A stretch of 62,158 nt of DNA, filler included, from Choristocarpus tenellus KU-1152 (GCA_964200185.2; 5 parts of 5 records of this genome joined end to end with filler, not necessarily neighbours in it); one strand, 5' to 3'; counted from the whole stretch's first letter, positions 1-12,997 are shown. The notes: generated by a model not told the origin, from the letters alone. Program-made: numbers and translations.

Positions 1-24
1 CGCATGATGTAATCCTGTCAAATA

Positions 25-210
25 TGTACTACTATTATACATATATATACTACTATTGCACATATATATACAAATATATACTATTATTCTACTAATATAT
101 ACTATTGTTATACAAATATATACTGTTATTATACTAATATATACTATTGTTACACAAACATATACTATTACTGTACAAATATATACTACTGTATACTATT
201 GTTACAATAA
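25..210. repeat. AT-rich minisatellite (~21-bp degenerate unit, TATACTATTGTTATACAAATA-like)
   Basis: Repeated atatatactattgttatac/atatactactatt units; the 56..325 ORF (IYTIVIQIYT...) is only the translation of this repeat. Confidence 0.8.
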
Positions 211-425
211 AAATTACCATAGATTACTCCCCATAGATGTTTTGAGGGTCTTACACTCAACAGAGACGATTCCGACGAAATATACACCCTCCCTCTCACT
301 GCATGCTCCCCGAGCGCATTTGTGAAACCTCATGCCTGGTAACAAAGTAACATTCATACATCCATACCGTTGATGTCCTCGCGCTCATGTATTCCACCTC
401 CGCAGATAATTAAGCCATTCAGAGA

Positions 426-935
426 GTGAAACACGAGCAAAGCGAGTCTGTGCGACTTCTCCACAAGACAGGGGAACGAGAGTTTGACCTCCCAGTCCAT
501 TGGCTTCCCACCGATGGCAATGGCGCTGGAACTAGCACCAGCGACGTCGAAGACAATGACCAGGGCGAATGTTCGGGTGGGGGGGTTAATCTCATTGGTA
601 GTGACAATGATCTCGGTGGGCTCGAGGAAACACACTCTTCCTCATCGGACAGTGACAAGGAAGAACCTGGCTCCCGTCAACGGGGTTGGCTTCGTACAAC
701 GTTGACATCGGGGAACTATGGAAACCTGTTCTCGGTGCAGGAAGGCAGGTTTGCCTTTTTTGTGGCAACGGAGGCGCCGCTCTTGGTCGGCAAAATCCTA
801 GTGGAGCGCGTCTGCGAGGATGGGGAGAGTGGGATGGATATTCACTGGCTTCGGCCGACCAGTGATCACACACGTGACAACGCCGCGACCCTAACCCTTG
901 AGAAATATGGCAAAAGTAATTTTGTGGAAGGAGTG
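426..935 (+). pseudogene. GC-rich ORF fragment of unknown function (acidic linker plus a FAFFV...LLVGKI...IHWLRP module), possibly transposon-encoded; truncated at the junction with foreign DNA
   Basis: About 170 open, protein-like codons. Composition switches abruptly to AT-rich after ~935, where the ORF tail is not coherent with the upstream part. GTG start; no family recognised. Confidence 0.35.
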
Positions 936-1086
936 AAAGTACTCGGGAGCAACAACTTCAGTACTGCTCTCACCATTGCAAACGCGTTTGATAATGATAT
1001 CATTTTCTGTCATATACAAACAAAACTAAAATTCCAGTACCTATCAAACATGATTCAGGCCTTCCCAAGAAGAGGTACCGATAACA

Positions 1087-1263
1087 ATATATAGAAAACT
1101 TGGGCAAGATTATGATATGGCTACAAAACACCTTGAGGAAGCAATATCAATATATGATAAAATATCATCTAACTCCCCGAGAAAAGCACTAGCACTTACT
1201 CATCTTGGTAATACTTACAGAACTCTTGGAGAATTTACAAAAGCAGCTGATGCGCTAAATTCT
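1087..1263 (+). pseudogene. Bacterial-like tetratricopeptide repeat (TPR) protein fragment
   Basis: Translates IYRKLGQDYDMATKHLEEAISIYDKISSNSPRKALALTHLGNTYRTLGEFTKAADALNS, about 1.5 canonical TPR units (A..L..LG..Y..LG.Y..A...L..A..I). AT-rich codons, no start codon, no splice signals. Confidence 0.7.
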
Positions 1264-1338
1264 AATATTATTATCTTTTTGTAACAAACTATCTGTTTTG
1301 TGAATAAATTTGTGAGGTGGTTGCTTTATAGTTTCCTT

Positions 1339-1550
1339 AGAACCTGTTTAAAGTCTTTTTACCAACAACACAGAAAAAGCGAGTACCATATTTTGTAAAC
1401 TTGTAGCAAATATCGCTACAAGTTGATTATGAAAAAGCAGTTTTTCCATAATCTTCAGCATTTATCCAACCAAGAAAACTACCTCTCTACAACCCATCTT
1501 TTGGGAATAACCTTAAAAACATGCATCTCACTGCGCTTTACTACCTCTAC
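1339..1550 (-). mobile_element. IS5-family insertion sequence remnant: transposase C-terminus plus terminal inverted repeat
   Basis: Minus strand reads VEVVKRSEMHVFKVIPKRWVVER*FSWLDKC*RLWKNC (frameshift) FATSLQNMVLAFSVLLVKRL*, matching the IS5 DDE tail motif PKRWVVERSFAWL...RRLWKNCE. The stop is followed directly by ACAGGTTC|TAA (IR end plus TWA-type target). Two stops and one frameshift. Confidence 0.85.
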
Positions 1551-1840
1551 CAAAGGAACAGATAGAGGCTGCAGAAAATGATCTTATTGCAAGTATAATC
1601 TCAGAGATCACTAAATCCGATTCATATAGCAATTCTAGTAAAGCACTTAATATAGTTTTAAATACGATAGTTAAGTCTGGTATTAAATTGGATAGCAAAC
1701 AATTTCAGCAATTAACAGGGATTCTTAGTGATGCAAACTATTCTGAATCCAGAGAAAAAATCTGCAAAATTCTAATTAGCAGTGAATATAAGCCGGAGCA
1801 AGAAGAAATAACAGCTCTAATGCCATTACTAGATACTTTT
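1550..1840 (+). pseudogene. AT-rich bacterial-like helical protein fragment (start-less open frame of ~100 codons)
   Basis: PKEQIEAAENDLIASIISEITKSDSYSNSSKALNIVLNTIVKSGIKLDSKQFQQLTGILSDANYSESREKICKILISSEYKPEQEEITALMPLLDT; open to TGA at 1862-1864. Codon usage is A/T-ending, unlike host exons. Confidence 0.5.
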
Positions 1841-3136
1841 CTGTCGTTATCAGTTCAATGGTGAGGCACCCAATCAAAATCAGTCATCTTCACCGTGTCT
1901 GCTTGGGGTCATCCTAAGTCAATCACGCCTTCAACAACCAAGGTCTGAGGTAGCAGCCGTGTGGGAAATTGGTCTATGGGAAAAAAAGACAAAAGTGCCC
2001 AACTTACGACCAAACGGAACTGCAGGCACTCGCAAAAATGCATCGCAAGAACTTGACCCTCACCTCAAACAACAAGTAAGCACAGTGATTACTACTGTAA
2101 CAGTTATATCCCATTTCCCAAGGTGTAGTGGTTCAGGTGTCACCTTTTGCATCTCACATATCCAGGAGTTGATGCATAGCATTCCACAAATTTTAAGGGC
2201 TACCTACTTAGAGGTAGTAAGGAACAAAGTATCATCGAGTCTGTGTGAGTCTGTGTGTAAAGAGTTAAACTTGGACTATGCAGAGGTGTCTCGCAGTGGT
2301 CTGGTTGTGAATGTGCCTTGCTTGAAATCTAATGAACGCACCTGAAGCTCTCATATTCCTATTGCAATATTTTGCTGCTGTTTACACTCATGCTTGCAAG
2401 TTAAAAGTGTGTTATCACATCATCCACAACAAACAAAAAATCACAACCAGCTCCATCACAAAATATTTATCATTGAACACCATCTGCAAATATTTTCTTC
2501 TTTTGATACATCTCTCTCATCTAATGCTGCCACATCAGGTTCACCTACACCAAACAATTATCTTCTTGACAATAAAGTATCTGCAACTAATACTGGTACC
2601 AGTGTGACTACAGAGGACTCTCAAATAGGAGTAAGAGATAAGTCTACAAGTCTTTCTCCCTTCATGGAGTTACCTTTGGTCTGCACCAGGGATGATTGAT
2701 GCAAGAGGGTTCTCTTTGCATCAAGTGTCGATAAATACAATAAAAAACCTATCGAGTCACTTTGGAGCTCTAACCCATGCCTTTCTTTGTCTTCCTGCAT
2801 GCATCATGTTCTATAGTACCCTGGAGCACTACAGCACACCGCCAGCATGGTGGTGCATGTACTTAAGAGTAAGGCATTAACTTAACCACAAGCTTATATA
2901 TCATGCAGCAGCATCCAAAAACTGGAAGATTTCAAATAAGAGAAAGTCTTAAATAGGATTGTTTCCTATGGTGTATCATTGAAGACTATGGTCGTTATCT
3001 TGTGTCTTGTCTATTGGAGGTGTGCCTCCCATGTAGGTTTTCTATTTAAACATCCTACCACCACCATACCCAAATATAGTTAGTGGTACATAAATATAGA
3101 TTTAGTCCCCTTCCCATCCCAGCTCCCTCCCCCCAC

Positions 3137-6100
3137 CCCTAAATATGTTTGAACAGCAAACGCACCTTCAGCCCCTTCTTCAATAACCATGCCAATGTTG
3201 GCTCCTGATGTACGCCTACCAAGAACACCATGGTGGGCAAACGGGAGGTGTGCAGGGTCTTTGCCATTGCCAGGAAATCCAAAGTTGAGATACAGGGAGA
3301 GAGAGGGGAGACACAAGGAAACAAGAGGGCATTTAGAACATCTTTCAGCTCAAGTCGAGGCAGGTGAGCATAGACAAACTGTCATATACCATCAGATACC
3401 ATCAGATATCATCAGATACCATCATATACCATCAAAACAAACTGCACCACACCATTGGTACAGACACCTCTACAAGACACTCCCCTATTGTAGACCCCTG
3501 CTTCAGCACATGACAATGCATTATCTTTTACTTTGAACTGCCAACGCCCTGTCCGTGCATATGGGAAACACATGACTGCTACCAACAAATCCATATACAA
3601 TTCACAGGATGAAGGGTACGAGCTTTTCCCCTCTCCTTCCCTGAAAAGTCCATCCTCAGCACTACCATATAAGCAAATGTATCCCTCCTCAGTCCTGCAT
3701 CCATTCTGCACACCTCCTAAGTTCTCCATCAGTGTATCCCAACCATAGGGCAAGTCACGCATGTACCAATTTCCGTCGTATTCTGGGTCATCCATTTCTG
3801 CGACAATGGCGGGGTGCTTAAGCTTGCTGGCCTCCACCCCCTCAGGGGAGCTGTCTGGCCAGACCCAGAGCTTCTCCTGCACAACCTTTGTGGGCACAGA
3901 CCTAACACAGGCACTGCAAAAAAACGAGGTTTGACAGGGGTTAAGGCGGAGAGGGAGGGGAAGGAAGAGAACCAAGAGGATTGTGGGATGTATGGGTATC
4001 TAACTTGAATGTATTGCCCCAGTATAATAGTGTGCGCATGGCATGTATCCTCCACATCAGCCTTCATGTGTTTCAGCTCTACACAGTAGCAATGACCATC
4101 CCTGCAATCCTGACACAATCCAGACTTCACCTCAATTAGAGCATCAAAATTCGTATGACATACTCCAAATGAATGCATTCTGCCCCTCCTTACAAAGATC
4201 TGACCTCTGGGGTTCCTTGTTTCGTGTTAGGGTATACTTGTTGATACATGGTACATTGAAGGACTTCGATACAATAGGTAGATTGAAGTACTTTGATATA
4301 ATCTCCTGAAATTCACAATACCAGTTGTGTTATCTCTACCAATTGAACAGTTACATTAATCTAGCATGCGATAGTGGCACCCTTAAACCAAGCGATATTA
4401 TCATGGCAAGATTTATCCTGAACACAACAGTACAAAAATATCCATAGCGAGGCAAGTAACTCTGGCATACTACTATAGAGATCTTGAAATAGTCAACACA
4501 TTGGAACAGATTGAAACCTGGGATTGTGTACATTGAAGGCATGAGATAAAAGGCAGAGCACAGCCCCACCTTAGGCAACCACCTCACAAACGTAACACCT
4601 GGCTAGGTAACTGCTAATACAGATTAAAGGAAAGGGGAATACATCTTGGGGCATTGACTCGCCTAACATACAAGGACCAATCGAACACTCCTATGAGGTT
4701 GCTGAGCATCTCCTTCATCACATACTTGAGTGTTACTACTAATCCCTAACCCCCCTAACCCTAAGTGATTACTAAAAAAAAAGAACAGCAAAAAGAACAT
4801 TTTTTCAGTGTGTCATGTTCACGTTATCAACAAATAATAGTAGCCAGCACTTATTTTCACAAAACCTTACAAATAAAGCGCTGGCTTGTGTTGGTTGCCA
4901 CCGAAATCTGCATGACTGTTTCTTCTCAGACAAAGACAGGTGTTAAAACACTCTTATTCCACATTTCATCCCATAGAAGCAACAAGTGATTCATTGAAAT
5001 CAATAATCTCTTGCTAACAATAAGAATTGGTCAACCACAATAGGGTCGCACCCAGATTGCATCAATTCCATCACACTTCCAACCCCGTTGTTCCTTTTTG
5101 TATTATTATATTATTAACCCGCATGCACCAAACTGGGCATAAAACCAAACCCCCTCACCTCCACAGGTATGTATGTAGGAGTAGATATTCTCAACCTACG
5201 GGATTTTCTTGAAGACCTAAGGAGTAAAGTCCTGTCACCTTATCAGGTAGTCTCTACAATGCTGCTTACACACAGAGAGGAAAGCTTACAGCAATGAGGC
5301 CCTTGAACCACCAGCAGTAATACTCAAAGCCTAGTGTCAAGGAAAAATGCCTCCCAAATGAAAACTATTCGAGAGAGTCCAAGACTTTGCCTGAGACCAT
5401 GTTGCACCCCAAAAGCAACCACCAGTAGACAGAGCACAGATCATACACGAGGGCATAACAATGAACCACAAAGATATCCTTACTGGCTCTCTCTGAACCC
5501 TTCATGCCAAACTCATTGTAACTCCTCAAATCCCTTACACTGTCCCGGTAAATGCATCCTTGTCTCCAACGGCACTGCACATCAGAACACATCAATACCA
5601 AAACTCTCACCGCTTGGATCCTGTCGCATTCTCTTCAGTCCCTGCTCGGGCCTGTGGGATCTTTCCGCAGCTCCCATCCCTAACCACCACGGGGAACAAA
5701 AGGAGGACAGAAGTAACATCAGACAGTAACATCAGACAGCGCAGGAGGAAGTCACAGGGTCAGCTCTTTAGCTTTTACATCTCTATGCCGAGTAGCACAA
5801 GCCGGAACCTCTGACTAGACTAGACTTGTGACTTGTGACTAGACCTTCCCCGAGTAAGGTCAAGACTGAGCCAACAATACTCCCAGGGGAAAGCAAAAAG
5901 GAAACAGTGATAAGAGTGATGGCATAGCTTATCCACCTAAGAAGTAGTTATAGAAAAAAAAAGAGTACGCTGTATAATATCGAAAGGGGGAGAGTCGAAT
6001 GAGACTCCCTTGGCATTCTCATCCTCACCAACTCCCACTTTCTACAAAGCAAGAGAGGAACTAAGCACATTCCAGAACCATTCCTACTCTCCCAGCTAGG

Positions 6101-8698
6101 CCCGGTAATCACCGATCTCCTTGCCAGCACCACTGTGATACACACTGTGATACATACTTTGATACATACTGTGATACATATCAACCGAGAGGAGGGTGCC
6201 ACTGATCATTTTTGAAGGACCCTTCGAAATTTCTGGCACTACAACTGTTTAGAGTACTCCACTGCGGAGTGCATTTTGGTTAGGGTTAGGGTACATTCAC
6301 TTTGCAGAACCAAGCTGTTGTTATCAACACCCAATATACTTTACTCTTCTTTGAACAGATTCGAAAATGATCCATTAAAGCTCCAACCGACGCCACACAC
6401 CCCCCTCTTGGTCACTACCTTTTCCTCGTGAGTAATCTCTGTGGACAAGCTGCGAGTGGCACATGAATAAGACTCTTACTCATTGAACTCCCAACCGTGG
6501 TAGATGCACTGCAGTCGTCCTGTTTTCTGATCCACCCTTCCCTCTGAAAGGGGTGCCCAGCGGTGGGGGCAGCGGTCTGCAAAAACTCTCCACTCCCCGC
6601 TCTTGTCTTTCCATACTGCATACGCCTCGCCCAGTAGCTGAAGGAGAAGAGGGGGGGGAGCAGCGGGGGAGGGGGCAATGGGTCAGACCATACTGAGAAA
6701 GAGGTTATTTGTATCATTGAACATACTCTAGGAAACTCTGTCATATTGATGACATTGGACAAGATGACAAAAACATCCTTCACTTCTAGGTCTACTGCAC
6801 AGAACAAGTCAGGAAAGGGAGAACTGGTTGCGCTCACAGAGGAACAGAGCCTGAGTACAGGACCTGTACTCACTACGAACCAGAACTGGGAAGAAAATGA
6901 CTACTTCCATACATGAACAAGCAACAACAGTGAAGAGTGGCAGTCAAATTGGAAACATCCAGCTCAGACTCATATACACAAATACTGTTACACAGTTGGA
7001 TGCCACCTGCGCCACAAGAACCGATCGATGCAAATCAATCTTGGCCACAGAGCAGTACAAGCAGTCAAATCCATTTCCCTCAACACCGATCTTTACACGC
7101 CCTCAAGTGAACACACAATTGTAACATCAATGATATATGGTTATATGGCAGAGTTCAACAAACGTGATATATCCTGCACTTCCATTGATCCCAACACAAA
7201 ATAACAAAAAAAAGGGATAAGGAACATTGAACAGAGAAATTTGAACCCACGGAATGGATTATGTACAACATCGTGTCTCTCTTTGGGCAGCAGCCAGAAA
7301 GAGGTCTACTTCCCAAACCTCAACCAGAACAGGTACAGGCATCCCTATCACACAGCTTTTCCCCAGCCCTCCACCTCCGCCAACTAAAATTAATTATGCC
7401 AAGAATGTGCATTACTGCTAGTCCAAACACTCCCCACAAGAGAGCTGCAACCTCAATCCTTCCATCCACGCTTGGCTCGATCTCTCCTACTATTAGGTAC
7501 ATTAGGATAGAATGTACGACCAAGCAGGGTATTCTATTCCTGTCCACTCTCAGAGTTGAACTAGACCGAGTGACAAGTAATAATCATATTTTCCATCACA
7601 TGGTGTCAGCTGTAGGAAGAGGAAGCTCAAAAACAGGTTCTAACTGAGAATTGATAACATTACAAAGAGATGTAGAAGAAGAAAAGACCAGCAATAACCT
7701 GGGAATAGCTATCAACCAATCATAAAAAGCCACCAAAAAAGGTCAGTCCAGTCAAGAACTGACAAGAACTGTACCTCTATGCGGTAGGGTTGGCGAGGGT
7801 CTCGGGCCTCCAGATCTCTCATCACAGCCACAGGGTACCACTGCTGATGCCAGTTAAACTTGCCCTGCTCAACAGGCTGCCAGGGGTGCAACACACAAAC
7901 AGAGCATCAAAGATGTTGAGACACGTGGGTTCAGGAGGACTTTCTTGATATCATGATTATGGTCATGGTCCTATACAGAAGTCTGCCTATGGCTGCATGG
8001 ACCTCCAAGGGACATAACAGTGTCAATGTCCCCTGTCATTGCTAGTCTCTGGGTGTGCTATCTCTCACTACAAGTCACTGAAAGGCAGGTGGAAGCAAAT
8101 GTACAGTCAACCAGATAGGGAGGTGGACTAACTGTAATCCTATCATAACAAAAGTATTCATCAAATCAGACCAACAGAAGGCAAGATACCCTGACCAATA
8201 GCTCTGAAACAAACACATCATGGCATGTTCCTAACACAAGACCAGCTTCACACTAACATTGTAGAGACATATCACAACTTATGTACTCGTGTACAGTAGT
8301 ACACGGAACTGTGTACCTTGATACAGACAAACTACAGCCATCTCTCTCAAATGTCAAGATAACGAGAATGTAAGAGAAGTGATCTCGCATACTGTTGCCC
8401 CTAACTTCTCTTCGATTCTAACTCTTACATCTCCTCCCTGGTTGGCCCCCGGTACCGCGTTACTTGTGGCAACAGCGTGACCACTGACGTTGCTGTTGTC
8501 TGACATGACCATGTGGGCAGATGAAACCCAACGGCGGGCACCACTGTGAGACTTGCTTTGCAGGTTCCATGCCCACCTAAAGGTGACGGGTGTGCTATTT
8601 TCGCCCCCCACCTGTGCTCGTTGGAAAAATTCTGGTCGCTTCTCAAGAAGGTTAAGGGTTCCTCGGGTTGGAAGCTTGAAAGACGTGATACTGGGCAC
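3137..8698 (-). CDS. Rieske [2Fe-2S] oxygenase, pheophorbide a oxygenase/Tic55/PTC52 family (5' half; probably plastid-targeted)
   Basis: Phase-consistent exons 8698-8393, 7876-7775, 6637-6480, 5679-5611, 3913-3714 and 3258-~3137. They give [11 protein letters not shown]...[11 protein letters not shown]...[14 protein letters not shown]...[10 protein letters not shown] (Rieske CxH/CxxH), KLWVWPD and [16 protein letters not shown] (mononuclear Fe motif). The first exon and start probably lie at 8771-8995; C-terminal exons were not found. Confidence 0.9.
3384..3433. repeat. 10-bp tandem repeat (ATACCATCAG) x~5
   Basis: Direct inspection; intronic. Confidence 0.75.
6133..6180. repeat. 12-bp tandem repeat (CTGTGATACAYA) x4
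   Basis: Direct inspection; intronic. Confidence 0.75.
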
Positions 8699-9040
8699 CT
8701 GTGTGTGTGAGAGGTGTACCAGTTACGTGGTAGTCATTAAAAAAACAATTGACGCAGGCCTGTGTTAAACCTGGTGGAGGAAACAATTTGAGAGTATCGC
8801 AAGGTGTATCGCAAGGTGTACAGCTGCGGGTGAGCAACTGAGGAGCAGAAAATAGGATGGTTCAGATTGGTTTTGACTCCAATTGTGCTTTCTCAGACGA
8901 AGTTGCTGCGATATGAGGACGTCGAAAAAGCCATTCAATTTTCCGATTGTGACGCTTTTCTTCCGTTGAAACCAAAAGCAATGTCGAAACTGCAAGCTCT
9001 ACACTGAGACCTACCCCACTTACAAATTAAACTTCAATAA

Positions 9041-12000
9041 ATGACAGATGCGCTCACTCCTACACAAGTTATGAAGATATTGAAGTCGCATCTGATGTTA
9101 GGAGCCGAAGCCTTCCTCTTCCTTCCGCAACAAGAGTGTAGACATATTTTGAAGGACTGGAATAGTAGTTCGGAGACTGCCTGGTACATACATAAGACCC
9201 AGGCATCACTATTTTCCCGCAGGTTAGCATAGTAAAATGTGATTGTCCTACCAAACTACCTGCTCAAAGCCGATGCATAGCACCAATAGTAGGCCCCTCC
9301 TCATTGTGTTGGATCGTTTGCAATGATAGGACCAGCAGGAAAGGCAATAAAATGTCTCAGTTGTTGCGGATGCGCATCGCAACCCTTAAGAAGTATAGAG
9401 TAGCAGTTGATGTACAACCTTGTCAATCTTAATTTCTAATTTGTGAGAACTCCAAAAGAGCCAGTGCGACTGGGTATAGGTATGATTCCATATTTGAACA
9501 CATTCGCTTACTACTTAGGACAGAAGTGTGGTAGGGAGAGGAAGATTGCCATGGGGCAAAGGTTATGGAAATTGACGATCCTCGAAGTGGTACCCTCTTT
9601 GAGGTCTCTTGTATCCCCCCCTCTCAACCATAACTCAGGTCAGTTGGATCCAACAAATGGTCCATGTACTAGTGTAAAACTTGCACAGGATACTGTGCAG
9701 AAGCTACTGGAACAGTGCCGCCAGCGAAGGTTATCTCTACATGATGTGCTGTGCGCGAGCCTTTACCTGACAATGGTTAAAGCTATGTGGGAGAAACAAA
9801 CGTTTTTGCCCCAAGCTCCAGAACGCGTATGGCGGGCTGTGGTGCTGATGGTGGTGTGCGTGGTTATGGCGTTGTTGTCTGGAATTATAGAGTCCAAGGC
9901 CTTGCGTTATTTTTGCTCAATCTACGCAGTTTTGTCAGGTAAGGGCGGGAAAAGGGTGGCGAAAGGGCTCACATTTTAAAGTCGAGCCAAGCTACGCCAC
10001 AGCAGTATCGTATCACACTTCCACCCACCCAATCCCTTTCTTACGCCATCATTTTGAACACCCCCTTCCACACCTCACACTGTATCAAGGCGAGGAATGA
10101 TTCACACCACACATTTTACGATCTGTGCTATGAAAGAATCATTTATAACCTCGCTCCTTTGCAGGTATTGGTGGTGTGAACATGATCGCAGCTGAAACTC
10201 GGGGATTGACCATCCTGATGTGCACGAGTGCCATGCTAAGGGTAAGACGTTTCTAAGCCTCTGAACACTTATTAGTCGTCCATCCCGACACATCCAACAC
10301 TATGTACAAGCATTGTTTGATCTAGGTTGCCATACAAAGGTGAGAAGAAAACATTTGTTGCCTTGGTCACTAGGAAGTCTGAGAGCATACGGGATTATCA
10401 TAACCGAACCCTCTCTATTCTTCAACAGCCCCAGTATGCATGAAGTCCCTCCATTTCAGAAAATATTTTCCGCCCTTCCCTTGTTTGTTTAGGTTGGTGT
10501 GTTTCGCAAGTTCTGTTCTACAGTATCCTTCCAAGTTGAGCCCATGCCGTACGCCCCAAATTTTTTCAAGTGCGACCAGCCTGCCATATTGTCCCAATTG
10601 AGGCACAGAGATTGAATTGATTCGGTTTATCATAAGATGACAGCCCAATAATCCAAGACTTCTAGCCGTCTTCAAACTAAGGTCAGCTAACTCCTCCACC
10701 GTCAGGGTTCTCATAGCAAAGGCAGCGAGGCCCTTTCTCCTTGACAATCTACATGCCCAGCAGCCTATATCAAGTTATTTATCTCCCAGCCTCTCCCCCC
10801 TACCATGCATGAACACACACATGATACGAAAAGATAGTTCTTTTGACTTCCTCTTGGTGGTCATGATAGGGCTGGGATGACAAGATAGGTACCGCATTCA
10901 CACCAGTGCGACTCGCCTTGGATGCTGGAGGAGATCTGTGGGAAACTGCATGTTGGCACCGGGACAAGGCCCATGGGGTGCTTGCACCACAGAAAGATTT
11001 TGAATGCTTTGTGGATCGGGTGCAGTGGCTGCGCACTACTTGGCGAGGCAAGGGGAGTGAAGATCCCACGGTAGGTTTTTATAGTTTGTTTGTAGATGGG
11101 AATCCTGGCACAATGTGTTGCAGATGAACTACTTGTCTGTGAGGGCTGTCATGTGTTTTTAGGAGTCGATTATCAGAATCGAGTGTCTGCGTTTGTGTTG
11201 TAGGGGATGTCACCCCCGTGGCTGACTTTGGTTTGATTTATTTCTCGAGTCTCAAGCACTCTACAGTGGCCCATTTGAGTGGGTTATGGGTGTTCTGTAG
11301 GACTGTGTTATGCCATAGATGTTTTGCATTCGGCACCCCTATGCCTGCCAGCACATTCTCCCATGAAGTTTCACTTGCTAGAATGACTGATAGATCGACT
11401 TTTAGAGTGCTTACTCTCTGCATGGCCTAGCAGGAGGTTGTCTTGTGTGTCCTTTTAAGCTGGTTAGAGTAGTTCAACCCTGGACCATTATTTTTTTGTC
11501 TTTTGTTGAGGGATCTTCCTTGTGGAGGCAGAATTTGGCTTTCTAACCCTAACCCTGACTTTAATCCTAATCCTGAGAATCGTGTCCTCTATACCATGAA
11601 CAACCCCCACACTCTTTTTCAAATAATGCATTACTCCCCTTAGGGTCCCATTTTAAACGGAGTACTATCTCGCTTTCTTGATGTCATCAAACAGTGAGAC
11701 TGCTGAGAGTGCCACAGTTAAACAGTGGTGTCTCACTGTCTTGGACACAAACAGAGGTGACACATTCAAACCGCAGCTTGAGGTCTACCTCTTTCCCAAC
11801 TTCCTATGATGGAAGGACATAAATCGAATGTCGTGGGGGCCCTGCAGGACTGAAATGACAGACTCAAGGGGAAAAGCAAAGGTTGAAATGACACACAGAG
11901 CATGTGCTGGTTGACACCCCAGCCTCTGATTTTGTCAAGATATTGAGATACCACACTCAGTCACCAATTTATTTTATGTTGAACGAGACTAGTTCCTCAG

Positions 12001-12997
12001 TGGAACAGTGGTATATCTCCATGTCTTGATACAGTGAATGAGTTGATACCAACTTTCAAAGAGCATTGTACGTAGTTACTATCAACAAAGGTAAACATCA
12101 GGCAAAAGTCGTCGAATGGTAACAAACATGGCAAGGTGAGACGTGCCTCAGGGGAGTTCATTGAGCTCGCCGTGTCGGCATAGGTGGCCTCTCCCAGGAG
12201 ATACCTAGGAGGGTATCACGGCATCACTGAGTAAGAGGTTGGCCATCATTAGGACTAGCCCACACAGGAGATACGTTTAATTCCAACATCATCGTCACAA
12301 AAGAACAAAAACTACTGTTGTGAATCAAAAGCATTGTGTTGAGTGTAGGTTACATCCGTTCCAGATTTTTTGGTATACTTGATTAATATTATTATTATTA
12401 TTTTAGTTAGAAGTGTACGTGCAGTGCTTGAGTCTCCAAGCGCCACGAGCAGACAGTGCTGCTAGCATTCACGTGAAGAATTATCAATTGAAAAGTAACC
12501 CTCATTTTTCTGTTTTTATTTTAAATTGAATTGTACTGATTAAATCGCCACGATTCACAGCACTAAAGAGAATGATACCCCAAGTGAATTGTTCGTTCAA
12601 TATATAGGCAAGACGTTTTGTGTTGTTTGTTTAGAACTACCTTCACATCCCCTTCACTCAGTCCTTACACCTTCCCCCTCCCCTCTCCCCTCACCGTGCC
12701 CAGACTGTGGATCAACCCCCATTCCAGGCATTAGCATGCATCCCTCTTGAGCGCAGCCAGCACAGGTTGATCACCCTGTTAAGCCCTGAGACAGTCCTTA
12801 CCTGTGTGGAAACGGGTCAAGATGCACAAGAGATTAAGTCAAAAATGGCAAGCCCTGAGGAGACAGTTTTTTGCTCCCTGTTCTCAGTCCTCAATGCAGG
12901 TCACACCTTGGTCTACCAAGAAGTTGAGGTAGAGGATGGAGTGACAGCAGCAAATGCTGGGAGTACTGCCAATGAGCAGGGTCTAACCCTGTACCTG
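9041..12997 (+). CDS. Hypothetical protein weakly resembling the C-terminal lobe of CoA-dependent acyltransferase/condensation (PapA5/alcohol acetyltransferase-like) proteins
   Basis: Candidate exons 9041-9222, ~9519-9938, 10907-11070 and ~12900-12997. The 9938|10907 junction is phase-consistent. Motifs VKLAQDTVQKLLEQCRQRRLSLHDVLCASLY and DLWETA resemble L..L...CR....T....L.A and FW..A of that family. Other junctions are unresolved. Confidence 0.45.

Noticed and set aside
4090-4180. [10 protein letters not shown] resembling LINE RT 'GLRQGC'
   Set aside because: Single short motif without supporting neighbours.
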